Of a DNA stretch of 64,000 nucleotides, positions 42,765 through 54,852 are shown one piece after another. The notes below the pieces were generated by a model. The model was not told the origin of the DNA. It worked only from the letters and a program-made list of their open reading frames with translations, and did no database searches. Origin of the DNA: Auanema rhodensis (Eukaryota; Animalia; Nematoda); NCBI GenBank assembly GCA_964057225.1, contig OZ059898.1, positions 6,386,001 to 6,450,000 of the forward strand, read 5' to 3'. A program made the position numbers and the translations under genes. The stretch's first letter is position 1; each line of letters opens with the position of its first letter.

Positions 42765-42900
42765 CCTACCACCATCATCACACCAACAGCAACATCACTA
42801 CCAGCACCAGCACCAGCACCACTACCACCACCATCATCAGCCGGAATAGCAACAGCAGCAGTAGCAGCAGTAGCGGCGGCAGTAGCAGCATCATCATCAT
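42765..42900 (+). repeat. Mixed trinucleotide low-complexity tract (CAC/CAG/CAT/GCA)
   Basis: Seen directly. Confidence 0.9.
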
Positions 42901-44937
42901 TGGCATTATTGCAACAATCACTAGCATCACCCTCGTCGTCGTATGGGATCATCGGCGGTTATCTGACGTACACACTGACAATGTTTTTGGAAAATGCTGG
43001 AAGATTTTTGACGGATTCACTATAAGATATCAAAAAAACTCCCAGTGAAACTGTCCAGAAAGAGCCAAACTTTTAAAAATTGAGAATAATACCATTATTC
43101 GTCTTTAATTATAATATTGATTTTTTTGTCTGAAAGAATAAAACAATTTATGTTTTACTATTCAGATATGAACATATTTCAGTTTATATAACTTCCTCAA
43201 CATTCTTCTTGTTTCGAAATAAGAAAAATGTTCTTTTTACAATATTCAATATTTGATATTCTTCTTCAAATTCTTGAAAGATTTTAACCTTCCCAAATCT
43301 CTCAATGCCTTCTGATTTATTTTACCTAATTGTCTTGTCCTCGTGGGACTAATATTTTCGGAAACCCGTCGGCTGTCTCTTGGTTCCATCAGTTTCATTC
43401 TCGATAACCAATTTTGATTTTTCACATCTGTCCATATTTCGTTTAAGTATATGTATGAATATTTCTATATTTCTATTGCTATTTCTATATATTAACTATG
43501 TGTTTATGATACAAGTGCATTGAACCTTTTTGGGTAGTATTGTCATAATTCTGTCATAACTTGAGACCGTTCATGCACGGAACTTTGGCACCAACATGGG
43601 CATCATGCTGCAATTTTGTGTTTTAAACTCAAACCTTTTCCTCATTTTGGTTATTTTTCTGTTTTCCTCTCAATCTTCCGTTTGTCTTTTCTGAAGAACA
43701 GAAAAAAGACAAATCCCATCATTCCTCCATAGCCTCCTCTTGGCCCGTTCTATTCTCAAACCAGCCGAACTATCAGAAGCTACTCTTATGCCCTCAGGGC
43801 ATAGAGTCCTCGTCTCAACCGGACCGCCTACTCAAGTACTCTTCATCATTTCAATCCATCCTGTCTATTGTGTTGTTCAACAACGAATTTGGAACTACTA
43901 AACACTCATTTTCCAACTTTTCAACGCTTTATCAGCTCGTTACTTCAGAGTCTTTCACACCAACATCACAATTTATTTTGAATTTACATAACACACGATT
44001 TATAATTCTTGATGAAACATTGAGTTTCCTTCCAGAAAAATAGTATTTCAATGAAAATATCGTTGCAACTTTAATAATTTTCTTATAAATGAATATATTT
44101 TTTGATTTTAGTCCCGCAAATGTAACACGGACATGATGGTTTTTTTTGTGATGATTCTACCTCCATTTCCTTCAACTATATCTTTTGTATTTAAAATACT
44201 TTTTACATATAATTAATTAACATTGATAGATAATATCATGATAATCTCAGCCATGAACCTATTCATCTATCTTGTTTATCGCTCAAATTTCTATTTGCGC
44301 TTCCGATCCTAGAACGGATAATCCACAAAATCTGAAGCATTTAAACTGATGAGAAGCAGATTGCCTCCGTCTTTTTCTAACCATTACCGGCTTCTCTCAT
44401 CTGTCCATCTTGTAAGCTTGCATTTTTCAATTTCTAACAGTAATTAGAAGATGAAAACAGAAGGTATCAACCTGTGACAAGGATAATATGAATGACGATA
44501 ATGTTGATAATACATATTCTATAAAAGATTGAATAGACTTCATTTTATTTGTTTTTTTTTTCAATCTTTTACACATTCAGAACAATTCTATGAATCATAA
44601 CTTTGAAAAAGAATAACTATGACTATTGAGATTGAAAATTGGCGAAATAGAAGAAGGTTTTTGAGCAGATAAGTCAGCTAGGGCAACGAGTTGGTTGCTC
44701 AGTAGGTTTGATGATGCCAATGAGCAAACTACTGTACTTCCGACTCTACTCTTCATTTCCACTAAACAAAGCAATCCCTTTTCTTTCTTTTTCAATATTC
44801 CTGTCTCTTAAAAAGAGTCATGATCATTCAATCACAAATTATAGCTAATTATATTCAAAAGAAAAGTATAAAATAAGTATGATCATATAAATTAAAATAA
44901 ATATAATTTATAAAATATTATTGATTTATTTTAAATT

Positions 44938-44944
<7 letters not shown>

Positions 44945-44982
<38 letters not shown>
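44945..44982. repeat. (AT)n microsatellite
   Basis: Seen directly. Confidence 0.95.
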
Positions 44983-44985
<3 letters not shown>

Positions 44986-47519
44986 TACATGTTTTTAGTT
45001 TTTATATTATATTTAATCATTTTTTATCATACAGCTTTTCTTTTTCTTTTCATTTTAGTTTAAAAAAAAAGAAAAGAAGAAAGAAAACAAATAATAATAA
45101 TAATATTATTATTATTATGTATATTTCCTATCCAGACCTCTCAAAAAGTAAATCTACAGTTGTTTATACGCGTTTTAAAACACAAGAAAAAATTTTAGAC
45201 AACTATATAACTTACTAGGTCATCATCTTTTCGTAACTGTTTTGTATAACCTACTCAGATACATATCTGCTTCTGAAGTCTAGTTAGTTAAACGTAACGA
45301 TGAGGACGACAACAACGTTGTATGATCTTCAGATGTTGGTATTAACTCTCCTACCACCATCCCTCTCTCTCTTTTTCCTCTTCACTCTCGTTCGTTATTC
45401 ATTTTCAATTCTTTATTCTTGCTTCATACAACTCTTTCCTCATTCCTTCGTACTTCTCTATCGTAGTCCTTCTCGCCTCCTGTTCAGCTAGTATGTATGA
45501 TCCTTTGACAGCTATCTATACATAACTTCAGAAGTCAACGTCATTCTTCAAACGCAGATACATGTAAACGAAGTGTTTTCTATAATTAGTAACCGAACAT
45601 ACGATATGATGATGATTCTGCAATGCATACACCACGATGTTCTCGCCTCATAACTCGAAATCCTTTGACGTTGCTATCGGCCCAGCGCATCAGAACACAT
45701 TGTGGTTCACCGTCCATCGTGCCTCAAACTCTCTTCCTCTGTTTTATTCATTATCTGTCTCTTTCAAAACTAACTGACCCTTTACTAGTAGACGGTAGGA
45801 ACTCCTCTCTCTCTCTCTTTCTCTCTTCATTTCCAATCATCATATGTGCTTTCTCAGCGATATCGCACCTTGTTCACATACTTTCTTTAAATATGGAAAA
45901 GAGGTAGTGAGGCCAGCAGCAATATGAAGTGTAGGGCGGTAGTAGATTGTGCCAGTCTGACCTAATGAAATCCTTTTTTTCCTTCTTCCTTTTCTATTAT
46001 ACTGCCTATCTTGTGAGTTCTCCTCTTTCATCTCTTAGCTATTGCAGTATTCTACCGCCCTACTACCTTTCCAAACAGTTCTGCACCTTCTCATTCTCCT
46101 CCTCCTTCTACATCCTTAGTTACTGTGGAAGACGTCGACTCCATCCTTATTTCCAACCTCTTCTACAGCCAACTTCACGACCTCTCATGTCTGTTCATCA
46201 TCTTCATCGTCCTCAAACACAGTATTCGGCCTCCTCTTTGCCTATTGGCCACTTCCGCTCTTCTTTACCTTATTTAGTTGTCCCCTCTCTTCAAATTCAT
46301 TTGTTTCCAATCCGTTTATTTAGTTCTCTAAATTTTGCTGTTCAATATTCTCAGAAGTAAATGAGAATTGAGTTTTCAACTCTTCATCATTTCTATCTAA
46401 TTCTATCAATATAATAATGATGCTATGGTTGACAACAGTCCATGCTTGTAGACTACTAATCTTCATGTGAGCTGCTTAAGTCGTACTTGAGAAAATTTTG
46501 CAGATTTTCATCATTTTAACTTGTGCAAGTAGAAAAATGTTTGTTTACTTTTTTTTTTAATTTAGTAAAAGTTTTCTTTTTACTATCTATCTAACTTTTT
46601 AATATTTCTAAACGTTCAATCTCTGAGCATAACTTTTAGCAAATTGTGTGAAATTTTATTTTATAACAACATGTCTTTTATTTTTTTTCAAATATATACA
46701 GATTCTAATATATTAGATGGCATTCAGATTACTCTTATAATATAATCTGATATATTTATATTTATATATATATATATGTTTTTGAATTTTAAAAATACCT
46801 ATTATAAAAATATATTAACAAGTTAATAAATAACTATATAGTATGTATACTATATGTATAGTTATAAACTATAATTTTTCTTTTTCTTTTATATATTATT
46901 AATTATAAAATTAACTTTTATATTCTAAATATATTGTATTTTTCTTAAATCATATTTCATACTTCTATTTTCATCTACAGATAGCACGGAACAAATTTGT
47001 TTCGCAAAAATTCATTCATTCACTGTAGATTTAGAGTATAATATAACTATAATAAAGTATATATATATATAATACATATTATATATAGAAATAGTATATT
47101 GAGATATAATTTAAATGGTATATCAGCTGGATAGGTTGGTTCATGCTGGCTCAGTTGCCGCTTCTCCTACTTCTTTCTCTTTCTATCTCCTTCTCTCTCT
47201 ATTTCTATCTTTCTCTTCTTGTTCTCACTCTCTATACTCACGAACTATCTGTATCTTTTGTCAAAATGCTACCTGTATCAATAGCTCAGGCAAAATGTAT
47301 AATATAGTTGGATCCACGTACCGTTTTTGGTACGTGTCAGCTTTCAGCTCTTTCTCTCGCACTTTTACTATCTTTCTCTCTACATAGATCTTTCTCTATC
47401 TATCATTTCTATATATTCATTCTCCTTTGTGTATAATCTCAAACCTTTTCAAAACTCAATACTTCTTTTTTTTAAACAGAGTATATATTATATATTTTAA
47501 ACGAGATAAAATGCAAAAC

Positions 47520-47530
47520 AGAGAGAGAGA

Positions 47531-47570
<40 letters not shown>
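47520..47570 (+). repeat. (GA)n microsatellite
   Basis: Seen directly; complementary to the CT tract at ~47794-47816. Confidence 0.95.
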
Positions 47571-47573
<3 letters not shown>

Positions 47574-48946
47574 AGGGGAAGGAGCGGGTGGTTAAAGATT
47601 AGAAATTCGTTATCCTCAAAGAGATGGAAGCTTTTGCAACGCAAACAGTGTTAACACCAAATATCATAATCGAACATAGAATTTATCTTTTTCAATTTCA
47701 ACTTTTCATGTTCATGTGCTATCAGTATCCAAGCTAAATCTATTTTCAATACTGTGACCTAACTCTCTATCTTTCCCTCGAACTACATATCTTTCTCTCT
47801 CTCTCTCTCTCTCTCTATCTGAATTTGCCTGTTTTTCTTTTTTCGTTTGTCTGCTCAAAGCCAACCCCTTTTCTCGTTCTACCCCTCATGTGTGGTCATG
47901 ATGATGATGATGCTGATGATGATGGCGCATGTTGCTGTGCTAACACATAGTCGGAAGGGTAAATACATAGACGAATCACCCATCTTTCTAAATAGTATTC
48001 CCGACCTATTCTCACGTATCAAAGCTTATTGTTACTTTATATGCAAGTATAATATTTCTATATGATACTTGTGATAGTTACCAAGTGATATATGTATGGA
48101 TATTTCATCTGTTTAGCAAGTTATATCAATATTCATCAATAGTTTCATTTTCCATTTACTCTTTGTTACAATCTATCTTAATTGCTTAACTATATGTTAC
48201 TTCTTTAATTATAATCTCAAATAATATTTCTAGTTTTTACCAAAATTTGTTAAATTTTAGGTCAAGTATGATTTAACCTGCGTCCGACTGAATCTTATCT
48301 CATATTTTCCACCATTAACTTTCTGATACTTTAAATACAAAAGCCTTCTTTGGCTACAACTTAAGACATATTTATATTTTCCAAAGTCCTGATTGTTTCT
48401 TTTTTGACACTTTAGCAGATTTAACTAATCGACTAGGGATAATCAGATGGATGATCTATAAAATCATTAGATAAATTTCATATTTGGGAAACGAACTCTT
48501 CTTCGTATTCTTATAATCATTTTTCTTTCACCATTATATTAAAACTTTCTTATATTAGAGTTTAATTGATAAAAAAATATTTTTTTTTTTTCATTCTATT
48601 TGATTTCTTTTTATGGAAATATGAACCATAAATACAAAGGCTATCTACCATCCATATACATATACTCTCTCTCTCTCTCTCTCTCTATGTATATATGATG
48701 AACATTTACAATTTTTTATTAAAAAATGTCTTTCATATCATCCTTTTAAACATTTTTATTCGGATTTTTTTGTTTTTTTCTTGTTATATTCATCGAGTTA
48801 TCTTTATTTAAAATTTCATTTCAGACGAATGTCAAAATCTTTTTGAATTTTCGTATCAGTACTGTCTTGTGAGTGAGATATAACCATTTTCGGAATTTAC
48901 TTCATCAAAAGAATTTAATTTCTTGAGCATCTCCCTGCTCGTCAAC

Positions 48947-51900
48947 ATGAGTGCTGCTGTAGCTGATGGTCCTCCAGAAGCTAAGAAATTTCGAATTGAA
49001 ATGCCAACAGGGGTATGTTCTATATTTGAAAGGAAATAATTATAATTATTATATTGAAGGTGGAGATGGAATCGTCTGTTAGTCCACCATCGGATTCAAC
49101 TGTGGCGTCTGGATCTCTAGAAGGCCAGCCATTAACTGGCGAAGCTCCGCAAGAAGGACAATCCCCCGCTGCTCCTTCATCAGCGCGATCAAGCAATGGA
49201 AGTGTGGTAAGTTGTATAGCATCTCTAAATGCTGTATAATTTAATAATATTCTCTATGTTTTTTAAGATTTCTAATGGATCCGGAGACAAAGATGATGAT
49301 TCAGATATCGGAATGACTGGAAATCTATTAGATCTCATAAGCAAAAGTTTATTGGGGAATGTGTTAAAGGTGAGAAAATTTGAATTTCACCAAAAAAAAA
49401 GAAAAGAAAAATGATGCAAATTTTTGGTTAAAAATATTTGGTTTTCTACAATATATAGTATATGATTAGTTAAATAGCTGTGATATACGATTATCCAGTA
49501 AATCTATAGAGTGGGTTGGAAGGGAGAAGGATTATCGAATATTTTATATCTTTTTTCAATGATTAGTATTCTTAGTTATTCATACATCATTACTTTTTTT
49601 AAATTTAAAAATATAAGTAAAAAGATTAAAAAAAGAAAGAAAAACGATGTTATAACTGAATCTGAACTGCTCGTGAAACTTAAAAAGTAAGGATGTAACA
49701 TGAAAGCAATGAAAATGGGGTTAAGTACATATTTTCATAACTTAATTCAATTCTTTCAGTTTCAAAGAATTTATTTGATTATTCTGAATGCAACCCACAT
49801 AGAGATGTATTTATGTATTAGGAAAGAGAAATAGAGATCAACAAGAAGAGAAAGAGAGAGGGAGTGAGGGAGGGAGGGAAGGAGGGAGAATGAAAGAGGG
49901 AGATAAGAGATCCACGTGCGTGTAGGCTAAGTATGAAAATATGTATGAAAAGAAATATGAAGATGAGTGAGATTGAACAATAGAATCCGTTAAACTTCCC
50001 TCTTATTCATAAATTCCTACAGTATTTACCCTTTCGTCTAATGTAACTGAGTATATGAAGATCAAAGTTCTTTCTTTATTAACCATAACCTCCTCAATTC
50101 TTTTATATTCTTTACTAATCAGTATAAGTTATATATATATAGATCTTTATATATAAAGTTCAGTTTAATCATTGTGAAATATAGTAAAAATCTAAAAGAA
50201 AAGAGGTTTAATAGTTAAAAGATAATAAAAAGAGAAGTAAAGAGGTCTTTTGTTTGATCAAACAATCATTCATGGATTTTTCAATCACCTACCTTTACAC
50301 TCTCTTCTCATTCTATTTCGATCTCTATACCTCTATCCTTTAACTATATCTAATAATGTTTCTCATTCTCAATTTTCTCTATATTTCTAATATTCTATGC
50401 ACTTTTATGTATACAGTTGTATCATCTCAAAACCAATTCACCTCAGATTTCTATGTTCTATACATAACATCGATGTATATGGCAGGTACATTGAATGACA
50501 CGTTCATTGTCACTCAGATAGAGACAATCATTTCAACTGTTAAATATCTCTCTTGATCAACTAAAATAAAAAATAAAATAAAGTTTACAAGGGAAGGAAA
50601 TATTAAAGAATAATAGATGTATATATAATATTATATATAAATCCTTAATTATATCATATATTATATATAAATTAATATATTATTATATAGATTATTTGAT
50701 TGATTTTTAATTTATTTCTTATAAAATAATCTTTTTTAAATACAAAAATGTTTTAAAGAGAGAGAGACCTCATTTCATGCCAGTTCAATAAACTATACCC
50801 GAACTATGAATTCAAAAAGCATCTTAGAGATGAATGTGATGGAAGGTTGAAGTGGAAGAGAGATACTAAGAATCATATAAGGATTGACGACGATATTTAC
50901 TTGAGAATGATGATGAAGAAGAAAAAGAGGATGATGATGCTGATGTATCATCTATCCTTTTCGTCATCCACTTTTCAATTCCTTATATGGGTCATGTCTC
51001 ACTTCTTTAAACTTACTCCTCCTCACGTTCTTTCTCTTAGTCTCTCTCTCTTAGATGCTTATTCTTTCTTCAACCTCTATCTTTCTACTATAACTTCTCG
51101 TCTATCATCATACCTCAAGTAATATTAGTTGGAAATATTTCCATCATAGACTGAGAGAAAGATACAATATTTGCGAGAGAGTATACGAGACAACATACAT
51201 ATAAGGCAGGAAGTACAGTAATCCAACTGAAACTTTATTTGCCCAGCTTACAAAGGTATACAGTTTTCAATTATTATATATATATATATCAATATATGTA
51301 CATAAAGATTACCCAATATACATAATTCAGTATCAATCAATATTATTTATAATATATAAAATATTATAAAAATACTTATAAATTTGAAAAAAAAAGTTAT
51401 AACAATCATAACCCTCAAATCTTAATACTTAGTTATTAAATTGAAATTTCAAGTTTTGTAGAGTATTATTAACTCGGAAACAATAAAAGAGTTTTTCAAT
51501 TAAAAAAAAAGTTGTGAGACCAAAATGAGGAGAGCCATTCTGTCTGAGACGCACAAGGACGTTCAATCGTTTTTATCAGAAAAAAACATGTTCCTTGTCC
51601 AATTCTTAAATCCTTCAATCTCTTCATCTTTATAAAATTGTGAGAAACTTAGGATTTCCTGAGGGATCTTACACACAAAAAACATTTTGACTCCTTAACT
51701 ATGTTATATAAATCCTAAAGTTTCGACGTTGCAGCAAGAAGATGCTCCAGTTCGACGACGACAATCCTTGAGTCCCTCTCCAGCTCCTCCAGCTGCAATT
51801 CCAGGTGCTGTTGCTGTTGCACAATCTCCAGCAGCTCAACTATTTACAGCCGTAAGTTTCATTTGATTTTGTTGTCTTGGGAAGCAGTATCTGAATACTT

Positions 51901-54852
51901 CGTCAAAATTCTGATAGTATTTTATATAAGAAATCAGCCAAATTCACATTGTTTTTCGATATTCTTTCTATAAATGTAAAATTATTTAAATGGGGGCTAT
52001 CAAATTTTGACGGGAAGTAGATGGATAGATTCAGATGCGAAGACTTCAGGACGATTGGAGTTGGCATCGTAATCCTGCAGCAGCAATTCGAAGTGGCGGA
52101 ACCAATAAGCAGACCCCAGTTTGGAAATATTTTGTATACAACAAAGCAGAGAATCTAAGCAGGTAAAATATATAAAATATATTATAATATATAATTATTA
52201 TTGATTTAGATGCATTATTGGAGATTGTACTTATATGTTGAAAGGTCCACATACAAGTACATTAGCATGTCATCTTAAGAAACATCCAGTGGAATATGCT
52301 GAATTTCAAAAATTGAAGGTTAGAATTCATTATAATAATTAAATATTTATAATATTTAGGTTGATTATACAAGAGACAGACATGGAGGTAATGTACCATC
52401 CTCACCGTCTTCCACTTCTTCTGGAAACAGTCAGCCAATTCAAAAGCCGAAAATCAAAAAGGAACAACGTCCGGATTTAAAGTGAGTTTTTCTATCAGAA
52501 TATAATTTGTTACACCATCATTCAGCAGTTTGGCTAACGCTTTGCGACAAACGCCAACATCGGCTTCATCTCAGGTCCCAAGTTTGGTTCAAAATATCTT
52601 AGGATTGAACCCATTACAACTAATGATGAATCAACAAGTTCCTACATCTACTGCTGGTTTAACTCCAGCGCAAGCTGCTTCTCAGCTTCTTCAACAAGCT
52701 GGACTTTCATTATCCGCCACAGGCCAAATAATGCAATCAAAAAAATGGAGACGTGATGAACGTAGACAACGAGAGCTGGAATCTCGATTGGCATTAGCAC
52801 TTGTTACCTCACATATACCAATAGAAGCATTACAATCTCCATTATGGCGAGAGTTTATGGAATGTGCTCAACCAAAGTTCACATTTCCTGAAGAAACACA
52901 ATCATTAGATCAGTTGATGTTAACATACCATCATCGTGTTGTTCAAACAATTAAACAACAAGTTTCATCATCAAAAAGACTTTGTATTGTGGTTGAACTC
53001 ATTCGAGTTCCAACAGCTCAACAAGACGATCCTATCATCAGAATAGCCGTATATGCAGCTTTTCATGGTTATACAGGAGTTAAACTTGAGGTTAGATAAT
53101 CCCATTCAAATCTTTTACATTGATAATTCATTCAGATGCAAAATCTGTTATTGGCTTTCCGTCAATTATCATCAGCTGATTCACCTATTGAATCAATCAG
53201 TCTAACTGTTGAACAGATTTTAGCAGAATACGATATCTCTATGGATAAAATCAGTAAAATCCTATGTACGGGATTATCGTCAATACTTGGTAATGAAGAA
53301 AATAAAAACAAAGTATTTGACAATCAGGTAATTCAATATAATCTAATTTATTTGAAAATTAATTTTATTATAGATGGAACCATTTTCTGATCGTCTTTTT
53401 AGCATTTTCTCCAACTTTGTTGAAACATCGACAGTAGTTGAGGATTTACGAAAATCAGTTTTTCAATTAATTTTCGCATTTGTTACTAAGCCTGATGCTT
53501 TACAATGCTTGAATAAAGCTATTGGTATTATAAAAACATATTTATATATGATTATAAACAATATAATTAATTTTAGATTGTGGTGGAACAGTTGATCTTC
53601 CATTAACAGAACCATTCCCAGTACTTGTTGATGCTGTATTGAAGATTAAAGAAGCAATTGAAATGATTAGTGATCAAGGATATGTTCAATCATTAAATGA
53701 ACAACAATGGTATATACTAATATATAAATAATATTATTTATTTTTATTTTTAGGTCATTACTATATGCTTTATCAAGTGCTGCACAATTATTCCGACAAA
53801 TTGCTGGTAGCGAATCAGCAACTATTGATAATGTTTTGCCATCAGTTAAACAATTGTTAACAACATTAGAAAAGGTAATATTTATATATTTATATTATTA
53901 ATAAATTACTAATTATATATTAATTATAGGATAATACATATTCTGTTATTTCTGATGAACTTTGCCAATTTATTAAATCAAAATTGGCATATATAACTGA
54001 TGTTAATCACTCAGATTTTGATGGAATTTATGTATTAGCTACATCATTAAGTCCACAATTAGCTATGATGTTAACAGAAGAACAGACATCTTATGCTAGA
54101 AAAATAATTGAAAAAAAGGTTAATTATACATAATTATACATAATTAACTAAAAATATTTGTTTCAGCTTTCTGAAAAGTTACGTGTACCAGCTCCAGCTC
54201 GTGCTATGGGTGTTGATGCTTTATTGGCTAATGTGATTAATCAATCCAAATTAAATGGAAATTTACCAGATTTGGCTTCAAACCCTATCTATGCTGATTT
54301 ATTACAACAAGCTCATGAAAGGCTTCAACAAGAGCGACCACCAGGTCGTGATCGAATTGCTGAGACACTCGTCTCCGCATACTTTGATGAGATACTGGCT
54401 GGGGTATGTACTAGATATATACTTTTCTTACAAATTATTTTTATTATTTTACCTAATGTTTATGTTTTAGTGCTCCGTTGAAGCTTTGTTATCACCATTT
54501 AACAATCGAACGTCTTTCGGAAACCCATTCCAACCTCCTCTCCAATTTTGGCAACAAGCATCATCTCAATGTCCTCAGGTAAATATATTAATATATAACT
54601 TTATATATATATATATATATATTTCTTCAATTATCATATAATTTATTTCAGCTAGCTGAATTGGCATCTGATTTATTGTCAATTCCTGCATGTCCACCAT
54701 CTATTTTGCGCTTATTAGCACAACGTTCACGAGAAAGTCCATGGCATAATCCTGATTCTTCCATCATTTTGTCACATTTGGATAGATCAGATAGATTGGA
54801 ACGTGATTTAATATTAAAAGCAAATCGACAACTTCTCCCTAAAACTTATTAG
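48947..54852 (+). CDS. gei-13: BED zinc-finger protein with degenerate hAT transposase fold and hATC dimerisation domain (domesticated transposase), multi-exon
   Basis: NLS-like PPEAKKFR; BED finger TPVWKYFVYNKAENLSRCIIGDCTYMLKGPHTSTLACHLKKH; hAT-like IPIEALQSPLWREFMECAQPKFTFP; hATC-like PLQFWQQASSQCPQLAELASDLLSIPAC. The symbol comes from recall of C. elegans GEI-13 and is less certain than the domain call. Confidence 0.8.

Larger units (their letters stand above)
21500..48300 (+). ncRNA. Candidate giant structured non-coding transcript or 5' intron: array of folded RNA islands separated by A/T-only spacers
   Basis: No credible long ORF. Dozens of nested 8-16 bp complementary segments lie within GC-richer islands, with G-U pairs on the + strand. 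Transcription is not demonstrated. Confidence 0.5.

Noticed and set aside
23841-48065. Numerous 60-140 aa ORFs (Leu/Ser/Phe-rich, poly-Met)
   Set aside because: Explained by CT and GAT microsatellites and pyrimidine skew; no domains or splice support.
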